Shown: positions 1-9,637 of the stretch, one piece after another
How the letters are laid out: the number at the start of each line of letters is the position of its first letter
How positions within the stretch are numbered: position 1 is the stretch's first letter
Source of the DNA: a virus
Lineage: Duplodnaviria; Caudoviricetes
Virus record (IMG/VR): IMGVR_UViG_3300047678_000274
Span: 1,091-65,090 of that record
DNA length: 64,000 nt
Strand: one strand, 5' to 3'
Made by a program: the position numbers and the translations under genes
The notes under the pieces: model-generated
The model's database searches: none
The model's input: the letters and a program-made list of their open reading frames with translations, nothing else
Told to the model about the DNA's origin: nothing

Positions 1-1
1 C

Positions 2-286
2 TATCTCAAACCCCTACTGGATGAAGTTCGCGCCGAGCGCGAATATCAAACCAAAAAATGGGGAAACTTCGCGGACGATTCCATTAATCTCCCACATCAC
101 TGGTCATCTTATATCGGTAGATACTCTACCAACTGGATGAATGGTACTTGGGCTCCCCATACAAAAGAAACAGTTGATGCGTTCCGTAAATCAATGATTA
201 AGACAGCTGCTATTGCACTTGCCGCTGTAGAGTCTGTTGATCGACAGCGTGCTGAAGGCCAAAAAGCTTTTTTTGAAAAGCAGTAG
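2..286 (+). CDS. Partial ORF (5' truncated), MazG-like all-alpha NTP pyrophosphatase-like
   Basis: Frame 2 reads LDEVRAEREYQTKKWG...FRKSMIKTAAIALAAVES and ends with TAG at 284-286. Confidence 0.5.
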   Translation, partial: YLKPLLDEVRAEREYQTKKWGNFADDSINLPHHWSSYIGRYSTNWMNGTWAPHTKETVDAFRKSMIKTAAIALAAVESVDRQRAEGQKAFFEKQ

Positions 287-293
287 TGGGATC

Positions 294-368
294 GGTCCCT
301 TCGTCTAGTGGCTAGGACACCAGCTTTTCAAGCTGGGAAAGAGGGATCGAAACCCTCAGGGACTTCCA
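294..368 (+). tRNA. tRNA-Glu(TTC)
   Basis: Cloverleaf; acceptor GGTCCCT/AGGGACT, anticodon loop TTTTCAA, T-loop ATCGAAA, encoded CCA. Confidence 0.9.
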
Positions 369-383
369 TCAAAGGAAATAAAA

Positions 384-596
384 ATGACACAACCAATTTC
401 TGGTTACAGAACACTAAGTGATGAAGAAGTCACTACGATTAACTCCATCAAAGCAACTGGTGTTGATGTTTCTTTGCTTATTGAAAATCTCAAGAAAACA
501 GATGCTGATCCTCGCTGGATTGCTATTGCTTCAACGCAACTACAGCAAGGCTTTATGGCACTAACAAGAGCAGTGGCTAAGCCACAAGGCTTCTAG
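384..596 (+). CDS. acb2: Acb2/Vs.4-like cyclic-nucleotide sponge (anti-CBASS family)
   Basis: ISGYRTLS..E...IN.IK and PRWIAIASTQLQQGFMALTRAVAKP..F match the Acb2 pattern as I recall it; RBS AAGGA. Confidence 0.8.
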   Translation: MTQPISGYRTLSDEEVTTINSIKATGVDVSLLIENLKKTDADPRWIAIASTQLQQGFMALTRAVAKPQGF

Positions 597-601
597 AATT
601 T

Positions 602-678
602 TGGTGTTTAGTTCAGTTGGTACTAGCGTGTGGTTTTGGTCCATAAGGTCCTGGGTTCGAATCCTAGAACACCAGCCA
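602..678 (+). tRNA. tRNA-Gln(TTG)
   Basis: Acceptor TGGTGTT/AACACCA, anticodon loop TTTTGGT, T-loop TTCGAAT, CCA. Confidence 0.85.
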
Positions 679-694
679 ATTTGAAAGATATATT

Positions 695-937
695 ATGTTT
701 GATGATTTTGTTAACAAAATCCGGGCCGAACTTCCTGATTGGAGAATTTCTTGTTACGAGAAAACTTCTTTCTCTAATGGTCTAGGTACACGTACTGGTC
801 GTTGGGAAGTTGTACTTGGTCGAAGTAAACCCGATTGGGTTGTGGTTGGTGAAGCTGATGATCTTTACTCAGCTTTCGAAATTGTAATCGGAAATGCACA
901 AAAAATGGAAGAAAATCATAAAAGGAAATACGCATGA
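695..937 (+). CDS. Hypothetical protein
   Basis: 80-aa ORF, ATGA overlap with next gene. Confidence 0.6.
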   Translation: MFDDFVNKIRAELPDWRISCYEKTSFSNGLGTRTGRWEVVLGRSKPDWVVVGEADDLYSAFEIVIGNAQKMEENHKRKYA

Positions 938-1230
938 TTTTTGAAATTAAAGTAACTGGCGCCCGCCGTGTTGGTAAAACGACAATCATGAAAAAGATTC
1001 TTGATCTGTTGGAAAAAGAAGCATCTGACTGTGTTGCTACCGGTCCAACAATTGAATATCTTCAAAGACTGAAACCAAGTCTTATTGATGGTATACCTGC
1101 AGAAACTGTTATCATTAAAATCAAAACCTTTGCAGAGCAAACTGCATACACAATTATGCATTGTAAGGATGCTTTATCAGCTGCCGATTATCAAAAAGAA
1201 TTCGTTGAACCACTGAAAAAAACAACCTAA
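934..1230 (+). CDS. Small protein with P-loop-like motif
   Basis: GARRVGKTT Walker A-like motif near the N-terminus. Confidence 0.55.
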   Translation: MIFEIKVTGARRVGKTTIMKKILDLLEKEASDCVATGPTIEYLQRLKPSLIDGIPAETVIIKIKTFAEQTAYTIMHCKDALSAADYQKEFVEPLKKTT

Positions 1231-1231
1231 T

Positions 1232-1306
1232 CGGTAGGTGGCGGAGTGGTCCAACGCGGGAGACTGCAAATCTCCAAACCCGTGGGTTCGAATCCCACCC
1301 TATCGT
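1232..1306 (+). tRNA. tRNA-Cys(GCA)
   Basis: Acceptor CGGTAGG/CCTATCG, anticodon loop CTGCAAA, TTCGAAT; no encoded CCA. Confidence 0.9.
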
Positions 1307-1329
1307 CAATCTTTAACAAGGAGACTAAG

Positions 1330-1884
1330 ATGTCATACGAACTAAAAATCAAGGCTCTTAGCCTTGCAGAAGAATGCCGAGTAAACAAAAGAGAACAGGT
1401 AAGAGAACTTCGCCTTCAACGTAGATATGCTGCTTCGGAGTACCGTGTACGTCTGCTTGAGCAGGCTCGACTTGCCGCTGCTTCTGAGAGCGAAGATGTG
1501 CAGCATGAATGGATGATTAATGCAGATCGTAACGCCGACACAGCGTGGCATCGTTACATTGGTCTTCGTGATCACAATCGTCGTTTCGTGAAGCCAACCG
1601 CTCGCGCAACGAATATCGCTCGTGGTTTCCTGAAAGGTCTACCATACGGTTGTATCGAAACGTTCCCAAACAACATCGGTAACCAACATGCGACTTACTT
1701 AATTTCTGGTAAGAATGTGCATAGCTGGGTTGGTCCAGACTGGAAGCGCGTAGTTGCTATGGTGGAAAAATATGGTACACCAGAAGATGTGAAACGTTTT
1801 CCTGCTTGGCTTGCTGACATTGGACTTACACTTGACATCGAAGGCAATGTTGTTCTGAGTAGCAATTCCGTATCTCATAAATAG
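1330..1884 (+). CDS. Hypothetical protein
   Basis: ATG 1330 follows RBS AAGGAG; the ORF-track start overlaps tRNA-Cys. Confidence 0.7.
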   Translation: MSYELKIKALSLAEECRVNKREQVRELRLQRRYAASEYRVRLLEQARLAAASESEDVQHEWMINADRNADTAWHRYIGLRDHNRRFVKPTARATNIARGFLKGLPYGCIETFPNNIGNQHATYLISGKNVHSWVGPDWKRVVAMVEKYGTPEDVKRFPAWLADIGLTLDIEGNVVLSSNSVSHK

Positions 1885-1914
1885 GTTGAAGAAACCCAAT
1901 AAGGAGATACCGAA

Positions 1915-2322
1915 ATGGAACCAGTAGTAAGTAATGCATTTGATCTTATGACATTTATCACACCGTTTGTGCAACTTGTCTTTGCAGCTGCTTCAGCAGC
2001 AGTAGCAACACTTGTGCCTGTTGCTATCAAATGGTTCCTGCAAAAAATTCACCTAGATGGCCTTGTTTCTGATGACATGGTTCGCGGATATCTGAACCCA
2101 GCTATCGACAAAGCTATCAATCTAGCCAAAGCCAAAGTGTATGAACAAAAAATTTCGATCAACGTAGACAATGCGATCGCCAAGTTTGTTCTTGAGTATC
2201 TCTCAAAACACACACCAGATGCTCTTGCGCACTTCGGTCTAACCGAAGATAAAGTGACAGAGATGGTTAAGGCTCGCTTGGTGAAATTCACAACAGCGCC
2301 AGTGTCGCCTCCAGTTGTCTAA
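1915..2322 (+). CDS. Membrane protein (one N-terminal TM segment)
   Basis: RBS TAAGGAG, hydrophobic aa 12-42, downstream terminator. Confidence 0.7.
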   Translation: MEPVVSNAFDLMTFITPFVQLVFAAASAAVATLVPVAIKWFLQKIHLDGLVSDDMVRGYLNPAIDKAINLAKAKVYEQKISINVDNAIAKFVLEYLSKHTPDALAHFGLTEDKVTEMVKARLVKFTTAPVSPPVV

Positions 2323-2352
2323 TCATTAACCAAAATAAATGAATGGAACGGG

Positions 2353-2377
2353 AACGGGGACTTAAAGTCCCCGTTTT
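2353..2377 (+). terminator. Intrinsic terminator
   Basis: AACGGGGACT-taa-AGTCCCCGTT followed by TT. Confidence 0.75.
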
Positions 2378-2407
2378 CATTATGTAAAAAGAAAACTCAG
2401 ATTTTGG

Positions 2408-2436
2408 TTGACAATTGAGCTCGGGTAGGGTATAGT
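2408..2436 (+). promoter_or_regulatory. Sigma70-like early promoter
   Basis: TTGACA-N17-TATAGT. Confidence 0.8.
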
Positions 2437-2483
2437 TGAGTTTAAGTTAAGTATAAGTATGTCTACCTATTGGAGAAGTAGAC

Positions 2484-2642
2484 ATGAAACGTATAGCAAT
2501 CCCAATCAAAACATCTAGAAAATGTCATTATGGTTGTGGAAACATAGGTAAGTTTATTAATGGTTCAGACAACATTATGTGTTGTGAACGATCAACTAAG
2601 TGCCCAAACGTTAGATTTAAAAATAGTGAAATTGAAATATAA
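2484..2642 (+). pseudogene. Probable truncated homing-endonuclease N-terminal remnant
   Basis: AT-rich 52-aa ORF with CHYGCG..MCC...KCP; preceded by TATAAGTA and an ATGTCTAC/GTAGACAT hairpin over the start. Confidence 0.45.
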
Positions 2643-2645
2643 TAT

Positions 2646-2722
2646 GGCTACTTAGGCCAACTGGCAGAGGCATTTGACTTAAGATCAAATTAGTGTCAGT
2701 TCGAATCTGACAGTAGCTACCA
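2646..2722 (+). tRNA. tRNA-Leu(TAA) with short variable loop
   Basis: Acceptor GGCTACT/AGTAGCT, anticodon loop CTTAAGA, 5-nt variable region, CCA. Confidence 0.85.
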
Positions 2723-2831
2723 ACTCCAATAAATAGGTAGACGAGATTATGAAAGCGCGAGTGAAACATTCTTTGCAACTTCTCGCAGTTGCAGTACTAG
2801 TTGTAATAGTAACAGTAGCCGTGGCTATTTA

Positions 2832-3080
2832 ATGACACTAGATGTTCTCTTGATCGGTATCTATTTGTTAATGACCTTCGGGATCATGGCATCTGGATGG
2901 AATATGGTCATAGGAACTGACAATAGAAATATTTCAGAATTTCTAACGTGTATTCTTTTTTGGCCGCTAATGTTAGCGCTCGCTCTCCTGATCGGGTGCT
3001 TTTTCGCCGTTCTGATATATGCCAAAATTTTGTGGTTTGCTGTAAACTACATTTTTGGCGTCGCTGTCGGAAGACGCTAA
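2832..3080 (+). CDS. Small membrane protein
   Basis: Hydrophobic 82-aa ORF with LFWP motif. Confidence 0.6.
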   Translation: MTLDVLLIGIYLLMTFGIMASGWNMVIGTDNRNISEFLTCILFWPLMLALALLIGCFFAVLIYAKILWFAVNYIFGVAVGRR

Positions 3081-3100
3081 CGCAAACGTAGGGAATTCAA

Positions 3101-3658
3101 ATGTTTAAGTCGCTACTAGCAGCATGTGCTGCACTCACAATTGCATTGAATGTAGCTGTGAGTGTTATGTCATCAACATCAAATCGTGCTTACGCCGATA
3201 CTCTGGCACCACAAACACTTGTGATTGAAGCACCACAAACACTCGAAGTTGCCATAGTTGAATACACACCATCGTTCAGCGATGCTGATCTACAGTGTAT
3301 GACTGAGAATATCTATTTTGAAGCTCGCAATCAATCTGTTGAAGGTCAGTACGCGGTAGCTGAAGTTGTTCTGAACAGACTCGCTTCCGATGAATTCCCC
3401 AATAGTGTTTGTGGTGTTGTTAAACAAAAATCTTCAAGGAATTGCCAGTTCAGCTGGTACTGTGATGGACTTTCTGATAAGATGAGAGATAAAGACGCAG
3501 AAGCTCGAGCGCGACTTATCGCCCGTACAGCTTTTTCTCTTAAAACAAATTTCACCCAAGGGGCTAAGTATTACCACGCCAATTACGTTTCACCAAGATG
3601 GTCAAAGTCTGGAAAAATCAAGCAAATTCAGGACCATATATTCTACAGCCATATCTAG
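3101..3658 (+). CDS. SleB-type cell wall hydrolase
   Basis: C..ENIYFEARNQ..EGQYAVAEVVLNR...FPNSVCGVV.Q..CQFSW..DG, YYHANYV.P.W, IQDHIFY; signal peptide. Confidence 0.92.
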   Translation: MFKSLLAACAALTIALNVAVSVMSSTSNRAYADTLAPQTLVIEAPQTLEVAIVEYTPSFSDADLQCMTENIYFEARNQSVEGQYAVAEVVLNRLASDEFPNSVCGVVKQKSSRNCQFSWYCDGLSDKMRDKDAEARARLIARTAFSLKTNFTQGAKYYHANYVSPRWSKSGKIKQIQDHIFYSHI

Positions 3659-3696
3659 GCTAAATATTCGGTTCCACTAAGTTGTAAGGAGTCCGG

Positions 3697-4224
3697 ATGC
3701 AGATACTTGTTAAAGGTACTAAATCAAAGCGACTTAAGGCGAAAATACAAGACGCAGTTAACTTTTATGGTCGTCGCCTTATGTCAAAGAAGGTTCGTGA
3801 TAAACTAAAAATCTTTGTTGATGTAGATACAAGACAAAACCATCGTAAAGACTGCTTCGGCGAATGTGATCCACTAGGAAGAAATCCACAAACTGGTCTG
3901 AAAGAATTTCGGATCTATGTTGTCCATCGCCCACAAGCTATCTCTAAATTGAAAAATAACATTTTCAGAACTCTCGCTCATGAGATGGTCCATCTTAAAC
4001 AATACACCACTGGTGAGTTGGGTGCGTATCTTGTGGCTACAAGAAGTAATTCTGGAAAAGCCTTGACAAATACCCGCTGGAAGGGTACACTTTATAAAAC
4101 TAGAGAAGACGACTCTGATGATAACGAGTATTATGACGCGCCATGGGAAATTGAAGCTTATGGTCGTGAAGTGGGACTCTATCGTCGTTGGCGTAAATCG
4201 CGTGGTGAAGATACCGAAGAATAA
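3697..4224 (+). CDS. Zn metallopeptidase-like protein
   Basis: TLAHEMVHLKQ (HExxH) and YYDAPWEIEAY. Confidence 0.75.
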   Translation: MQILVKGTKSKRLKAKIQDAVNFYGRRLMSKKVRDKLKIFVDVDTRQNHRKDCFGECDPLGRNPQTGLKEFRIYVVHRPQAISKLKNNIFRTLAHEMVHLKQYTTGELGAYLVATRSNSGKALTNTRWKGTLYKTREDDSDDNEYYDAPWEIEAYGREVGLYRRWRKSRGEDTEE

Positions 4225-4226
4225 TT

Positions 4227-4571
4227 ATGACTAAGTTGAAACAGAAACCCGTTAAGGGAACCTTTGATGCCTGGCAATGGCGTGGGTTCATTCAATCTGA
4301 ACATGATTTTGATTCAGAAAAAGTTCACTCAGAAGTTTCTCATTCTATAGAATACATTATGGATTTTGAAGTGTGGGCCAAGAAACATCTCAAGGGAAAG
4401 AAAATCACATATCGTGGTAATGATCTTGTGATAAAGGATCTTGATTACGGTGACAAGGTATTGAAGCCGGGGATGTGGATCGTGATGATTCCCGATGAGT
4501 ATAACACTCCACAAATGAACTTCATGACTAATGAGCAAGTGAAAAGCTACTACGATGCGGATCGTCTCTAA
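4227..4571 (+). CDS. Hypothetical protein
   Basis: 114-aa ORF in gene run. Confidence 0.6.
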   Translation: MTKLKQKPVKGTFDAWQWRGFIQSEHDFDSEKVHSEVSHSIEYIMDFEVWAKKHLKGKKITYRGNDLVIKDLDYGDKVLKPGMWIVMIPDEYNTPQMNFMTNEQVKSYYDADRL

Positions 4572-5229
4572 GTTCAAAGACTTCTATGACTTCGCTTCTC
4601 CTTATAGGGACAGTGACGTGCGCTCCTTTTATTGGGAGCGTCACACACGTCAGGAGAGCGTTGAGCTCAAAACTCTCCAAAAGGATTTCAGCGTAGATAA
4701 CAGAATACCGTACCACGGTCAAAATTATGCTGGCCTTCCTGAGTTTAGAGTGATTAATGGTTATCGCGGCAAGGGTAGTTACGAAGAAGAATTTGTTGTG
4801 GTGGCTAATGAGATAGTTTCTATTTGGAAAGATGTAGATGCATTGATCGACCATCGTCCGGCTTACTCAACACTGCCAGCATTCAAACACAAGAAATGGA
4901 ACTCTTGGCGCTTTGGTGGTAGTATTAATACCTACCCTGTTGTGATGAAGAATACGTTTGCTAAGTTCAAAGAGTTCCAAGAAACATACAAAACGCCAAT
5001 CCTCCATATCTGCGTCTTTGGTTCTTATCTGCAGATAAGAACCAATCCGAGGCTGATGGATTATGGTGTTCAACACAAACTCACTCCTTAGCAAACCTAT
5101 CAAGAAATTGAAATGTGGTTCGCGAGCCAGAAGTATGATCGTGAGGAACCTATTCCGCAGACTGACAAGCAGAAAATTCTAACCCACGGTCTTGACCCTA
5201 AAACCAGCTTCAGGCATCCAATCAAGTAG
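4555..5229 (+). CDS. Hypothetical phage protein interrupted by an in-frame TAG (5089-5091)
   Basis: Frame continues after TAG as QTYQEIEMWF...DKQKILTHGLDPKTSFRHPIK to TAG 5227-5229. Confidence 0.55.
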
Positions 5230-5285
5230 TAATTCTGTTGTTACTGAAATTTGTCCCATTCTGTGTATTTATAATGGAGTAAAAT

Positions 5286-5633
5286 TTGAAACCGCTTATC
5301 CACGCCAAGATTTCTGTTAAGAAATATGGTGGTAAGGTCGAAGACTACATCCCCTTGCATGATTTTTTCGACTCTAGCAAGGTCGCATATCCAAACATGA
5401 AGCACCGAGCGATCCTACACAACTCCTTCGGTATTTTCATTCTAGAGCGTATATTCGGAACCTACATCACCAACAGTGATGGTAAGATGGTTTCGGTCCG
5501 TGATATTGGTGAAGACCACGTCATGGACGATCTCGGCTTTATTCCAACGGTCGAGAACTGGTTAGAGACACTACCACTTGAAGGTTGGATGAGTGGTACT
5601 AAAAAACGCCGCATCGTTGAAAGGATCGATTAA
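5286..5633 (+). CDS. DUF6915-like conserved protein
   Basis: KPLIHA..S.KKYGG..EDY..LHDFFDSSK...HRAILH; TTG start after GGAG. Confidence 0.7.
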   Translation: MKPLIHAKISVKKYGGKVEDYIPLHDFFDSSKVAYPNMKHRAILHNSFGIFILERIFGTYITNSDGKMVSVRDIGEDHVMDDLGFIPTVENWLETLPLEGWMSGTKKRRIVERID

Positions 5634-6061
5634 TGACAATCGCAGAAACACTAACAGAATTCTCTAAAGAATTTGAAGAAGTAAAAGCCGAGTTTACTGG
5701 CCGTGCACGTAAGATGTTCACTGCTTCTCTGAAAGATCTTTTTGAGAACAACCCCGATCTTGGTATGATTGAATGGGAACAATACACACCATACTTCAAC
5801 GATGGTGACACTTGCGAATTTGGTGTGCACCAACCATTTTTCATTCCCGTTGATGTTCGTGATAGAACCGACGATGAAGATGAATATGATTACCGTTATG
5901 ATTGTGGCATGGAAGAAAACGATGACATGAAAGCTGTGTCACGTTTCATCCAGAATCAAGATGATCTGATGCAATCACTTTATGGTGATCACGTGAAGGT
6001 TGTTGTCCGCCGCGATCCCAAAGGTATTGTGGTTGAAGTCGAGGAATTTGATCATGGTTAA
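5633..6061 (+). CDS. Conserved acidic phage protein
   Basis: WEQYTPYFNDGDTCEF motif; TAATG coupling. Confidence 0.7.
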   Translation: MTIAETLTEFSKEFEEVKAEFTGRARKMFTASLKDLFENNPDLGMIEWEQYTPYFNDGDTCEFGVHQPFFIPVDVRDRTDDEDEYDYRYDCGMEENDDMKAVSRFIQNQDDLMQSLYGDHVKVVVRRDPKGIVVEVEEFDHG

Positions 6062-6186
6062 TCTAGATAAATTGATCGAGAACCTTGTTCGTATTGACGA
6101 GACAGGTAGGCCAGTTTCGGATCAAACGATTCTTACTGCGCTCATCCAGATTGCAAACGCGGTGAAAGAATTGAAGGAGCGTCACA

Positions 6187-6573
6187 ATGGTGACAAAAAC
6201 TAAAAAACCTCTTAAGCGCACACGCGCCTCGGCTGTGCGAAAGAAAACTCTGATAACAAAGAGGCCAACAGCACCCCCAAAGGAACTGAAAGCTGTTCCT
6301 GATCCTAAGCCAAAGAAACCGGCTAAACCCCCAGGACTTGTGTATTACTCGCTTGAAGGAATCAAACGATTTCAGAAAGCGCATCCAAACCACAATGGTG
6401 CTGTCGAAGCTTTGACGCAAGCCTTCTCTGAAGGTAAACGTCTCGCTATTCGTGATAACACCGGCGTCACACCAGACAAGTTTCCACTGATCTGGATTTC
6501 GATGAGTGATTATGTTGAGATTGACAACAAAGTAATCAAAGATAGAAATTACACACCAACAGAAAGTTTGTAG
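6187..6573 (+). CDS. Basic hypothetical protein
   Basis: RBS AAGGAG; K/P-rich N-terminus. Confidence 0.6.
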   Translation: MVTKTKKPLKRTRASAVRKKTLITKRPTAPPKELKAVPDPKPKKPAKPPGLVYYSLEGIKRFQKAHPNHNGAVEALTQAFSEGKRLAIRDNTGVTPDKFPLIWISMSDYVEIDNKVIKDRNYTPTESL

Positions 6574-6574
6574 T

Positions 6575-6994
6575 ATGAATAGAAAATGGAACCTGCGGTT
6601 TCTCGACATGGCAGACTTTGTTGCCAATTGGTCTAAGGATCCTAGTACTAAGGTTGGTGCTGTAATCGTTGATTCAGACAAACGTGTTGTTTCTGTTGGA
6701 TACAACGGGTTTCCTCGCGGAGTAAATGATGATGAAGAAAGATACAACGACAGGCCTCTTAAGTACAAGCTGGTTTGTCACGCTGAGCGTAATGCTCTTG
6801 ATAACGCTCCCCTTAATGTTTCTGGATGCACGATGTTCGTAACTTTCCCTGCCTGTAATGAGTGTATGAAAAGTATTATACAAAAAGGCATTAAACATCT
6901 TGTTGTACGAAAAACAGATAGAGAAGATAATTATAATTGGAAAGAGGCTATGATGATGGCTGAAGAAGCTGGTGTTACGATAACGTTTGTTTAA
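6575..6994 (+). CDS. cd: dCMP deaminase
   Basis: SKDPSTKVGAV, GYNGFPRG, HAERNA, PACNEC zinc motifs. Confidence 0.92.
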   Translation: MNRKWNLRFLDMADFVANWSKDPSTKVGAVIVDSDKRVVSVGYNGFPRGVNDDEERYNDRPLKYKLVCHAERNALDNAPLNVSGCTMFVTFPACNECMKSIIQKGIKHLVVRKTDREDNYNWKEAMMMAEEAGVTITFV

Positions 6995-7080
6995 ATTTAC
7001 AATTATTGAAATGCCATCTGAGTATACCACTCTTATTTCCTTCTTTGTTGCAGTTGGGGTGAATAATTATAATTGGTGTT
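6990..7080 (-). pseudogene. C-terminal remnant of a homing endonuclease
   Basis: Minus strand reads HPNCNKEGNKSGILRWHFNNCKFK, resembling the Cys/His tail of the intact HEG at 54362-55192. Confidence 0.45.
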
Positions 7081-7164
7081 TTGTCCAATAAACATACATA
7101 CTGTTTGCCTTGTTTGTTAATAATGTGCTAATTCTTTTTTATAAAAAAAGAGATTCCAACAAGA

Positions 7165-7410
7165 ATGAAATCATTCCCACAGATTTATGTGTTTGAGGTA
7201 GAGGTCGATCATACATATCCAGAAGTTCACAAGTATTTTATACATCAAACAGTTTTTGTGCGATACATTTTTTCTTCTAATGAGAAACCAAATAAAGTGA
7301 AGTATCAACCCGACCCTATGGTCAAAGAAGATGCGCGAATAGTAGAAGAACAACTAAAACGTATTGGTGCGAAGGTGAAAATAGTTCCCTCGCGTTCAAC
7401 TTCGGGTTGA
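7165..7410 (+). CDS. Hypothetical protein
   Basis: 81-aa ORF. Confidence 0.45.
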   Translation: MKSFPQIYVFEVEVDHTYPEVHKYFIHQTVFVRYIFSSNEKPNKVKYQPDPMVKEDARIVEEQLKRIGAKVKIVPSRSTSG

Positions 7411-7435
7411 CATTTAGAAGCTAACATAGTATACT
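7407..7435 (+). promoter_or_regulatory. Sigma70-like promoter of the DNA polymerase gene
   Basis: TTGACA-N17-TATACT. Confidence 0.8.
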
Positions 7436-7462
7436 GAGAGTTCAAATAGCGAAAGAGTATGC

Positions 7463-8935
7463 ATGGGAAGTTTTTACACCAACGTTAGTCGTCAATCAAA
7501 CAATCTTTTGGTGCGCGGTGTTGATGAAAATGGACACCGATTTAGTCGGAAAGTTAAATACAAACCTTACCTCTTTACCCCACAACAGGGACCAGTGGAA
7601 GGTGAATACAGAACCATTGAAGGGAAACCCGTCGGTAAGATGGAATTCAATTCAATGTCTGAAGCTCGCGAATTTCTTAAACAGTATGATGACGTTAGTG
7701 GGATGGATATCTATGGTCTCACCGACTTCACATACCTGTACATCAACGACCACTATCGTAAGCAGATTTCCTACGACCCAGCGCTGATTATCTCTGTTGG
7801 TATCGACATCGAGGTAAGTTCTGAAGGTGGCTTCCCTGACATAGCGTCAGCAGATAAAGAAGTTACTGCGATCACCCTTTCACACAAGGGTCACAAATAT
7901 GTCTATGGTCTTCCACCATCATCCTGTGCGGATTACACCCCGCACGGGCCAAACATCACATATCACAGCTGTAAGACTGAGCAGGAACTACTCTTCAAGT
8001 TCATACAAAAATGGGAACAACTAAATCCTGATTGCGTAACCGGCTGGAACATCGAGTTCTTCGATATTCCGTATCTCGTTAACCGTATCACAAAGGTGTG
8101 TACGCCGGAAGATGCTAAGCGTCTGTCTCCGTGGAAAACTCTCCGTGAATACGAAGTTGAAGTTCGCGGTAGAAAGAACCAAGCTTTCACGCCTGTTGGT
8201 GTGAACGTTCTTGATTACATCAACCTCTATAAGAAATTCACATACACCCAGCAAGAGTCTTACCGTCTTGATCACATCGCGTATGTTGAGCTTGGTGAAC
8301 GTAAGCTGGACTTCTCAGAATATTCCAACCTAGAACAACTCTACAAAGAGAACTACCAGAAGTTCATCGAGTACAACATCAAAGACGTTGAGCTCATCGA
8401 TCGTCTTGAAGATAAGATGAAGCTTATTGAGCTTGTCTATGCCATGGCCTTCGATGCCAAGATCAACTTCGAGGACACGCTTGGTTCTGTTAAGCAGTGG
8501 GACGTTATTGTTCATAATTTTTTGCTTGAACGTAAAATTGTTATTCCGCAATTTAAAGAAAAACAAGTAAATAGAGAACTTGTTGGTGGATATGTTAAAG
8601 AACCAAAAACAGGATTAAGTAAATGGGTAGTATCATTAGATTTGACATCGTTGTACCCCCACCTGATCATGGGATATAATATGTCACCAGACACTTATAT
8701 TGGGAAAGAAACAGAATTTCCATCAGTTGACGAATTGATTAGTGGTAAATTTCCATCTCCAAGAGATTATTCTTATGCCGCTAATGGAACTTTTTATAAA
8801 AAAAACGTTGAAGGATTCTTACCAGCTTTGATGAAATACAACTTTAATATCAGAGCCGAAACAAACAAAATTCTTAAAGAAAAAAAACTTATCCAACAAC
8901 AAATTATTGAAGAAAAAAAACACAGAAACCTTTGA
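7463..8935 (+). CDS. 43: Family B DNA polymerase, N-terminal part (gp43A)
   Basis: Exo motifs DIEV, TGWNIEFFDIPY, YNIKDV; pol motif A DLTSLYP; ends in the fingers domain. Confidence 0.95.
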   Translation: MGSFYTNVSRQSNNLLVRGVDENGHRFSRKVKYKPYLFTPQQGPVEGEYRTIEGKPVGKMEFNSMSEAREFLKQYDDVSGMDIYGLTDFTYLYINDHYRKQISYDPALIISVGIDIEVSSEGGFPDIASADKEVTAITLSHKGHKYVYGLPPSSCADYTPHGPNITYHSCKTEQELLFKFIQKWEQLNPDCVTGWNIEFFDIPYLVNRITKVCTPEDAKRLSPWKTLREYEVEVRGRKNQAFTPVGVNVLDYINLYKKFTYTQQESYRLDHIAYVELGERKLDFSEYSNLEQLYKENYQKFIEYNIKDVELIDRLEDKMKLIELVYAMAFDAKINFEDTLGSVKQWDVIVHNFLLERKIVIPQFKEKQVNRELVGGYVKEPKTGLSKWVVSLDLTSLYPHLIMGYNMSPDTYIGKETEFPSVDELISGKFPSPRDYSYAANGTFYKKNVEGFLPALMKYNFNIRAETNKILKEKKLIQQQIIEEKKHRNL

Positions 8936-8977
8936 TTTGAATACTCTTTGTTGTATAAATATAACGAGGAGAAATTT

Positions 8978-9637
8978 ATGAATTATCTAAAAACTTATGT
9001 TTCGATTTGCCAAAACGCCAAAAAAAGAAAAGCGATACCTGATGTATATTACGAAAAACATCACGTTTTTCCAATTTCTATATTTGGTAAAAACAAATTT
9101 ATCGTAAAGTTGACTTACAGAGAACACTTTATAGCACACAAATTATTGTATTTTGGGTTCAGAAAAAAATATGGGATTAGAGATCAAAGAACTAAAAAAA
9201 TGGCTTACGCTTTTCATATCATGGTTCATGGAAAGGGTGATACTTCTAGAAATCTTATAATATCTTCAAATCAATATAAATCTTCAAGAACAGCAGTTTC
9301 TGACGCCAGAACTGGATCCACCAGACCTGATATGTTTGGGAAAAGATATTTCGGGGCTTCTGAAGAAAAAATTAAAATAGCAATAGAAAAAATAAGATCT
9401 AAAAAGGTTGGAGTTTCAACAAATTATCCAAAAACAAGAAAATCATCACCATGTTCAGAAAAAAAAGCAATGGCTATTTCAGCATCAAGACAAAAAACTA
9501 AAGAAAAATTTATAAAAATGGATACAGATGAATTCCAAACATGGATTTCAAATTGTAAAAATGTTGCATCAGATGGTAGGAAAAATCCTAATATCTCGAG
9601 AGCGATAAAATGGAGAAAAGATGCAGGAATTATCTAA
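8978..9637 (+). mobile_element. HNH homing endonuclease inserted within gene 43
   Basis: EKHHVFP...VKLTYREHFIAHKLL; AT-rich; late promoter TATAAATA 8954-8961 and RBS GAGGAG. Confidence 0.85.

Noticed and set aside
8936-9620. Group I intron in the DNA polymerase gene
   Set aside because: The HNH ORF fills the gap and leaves no room for a ribozyme core; gp43B has its own RBS and ATG.
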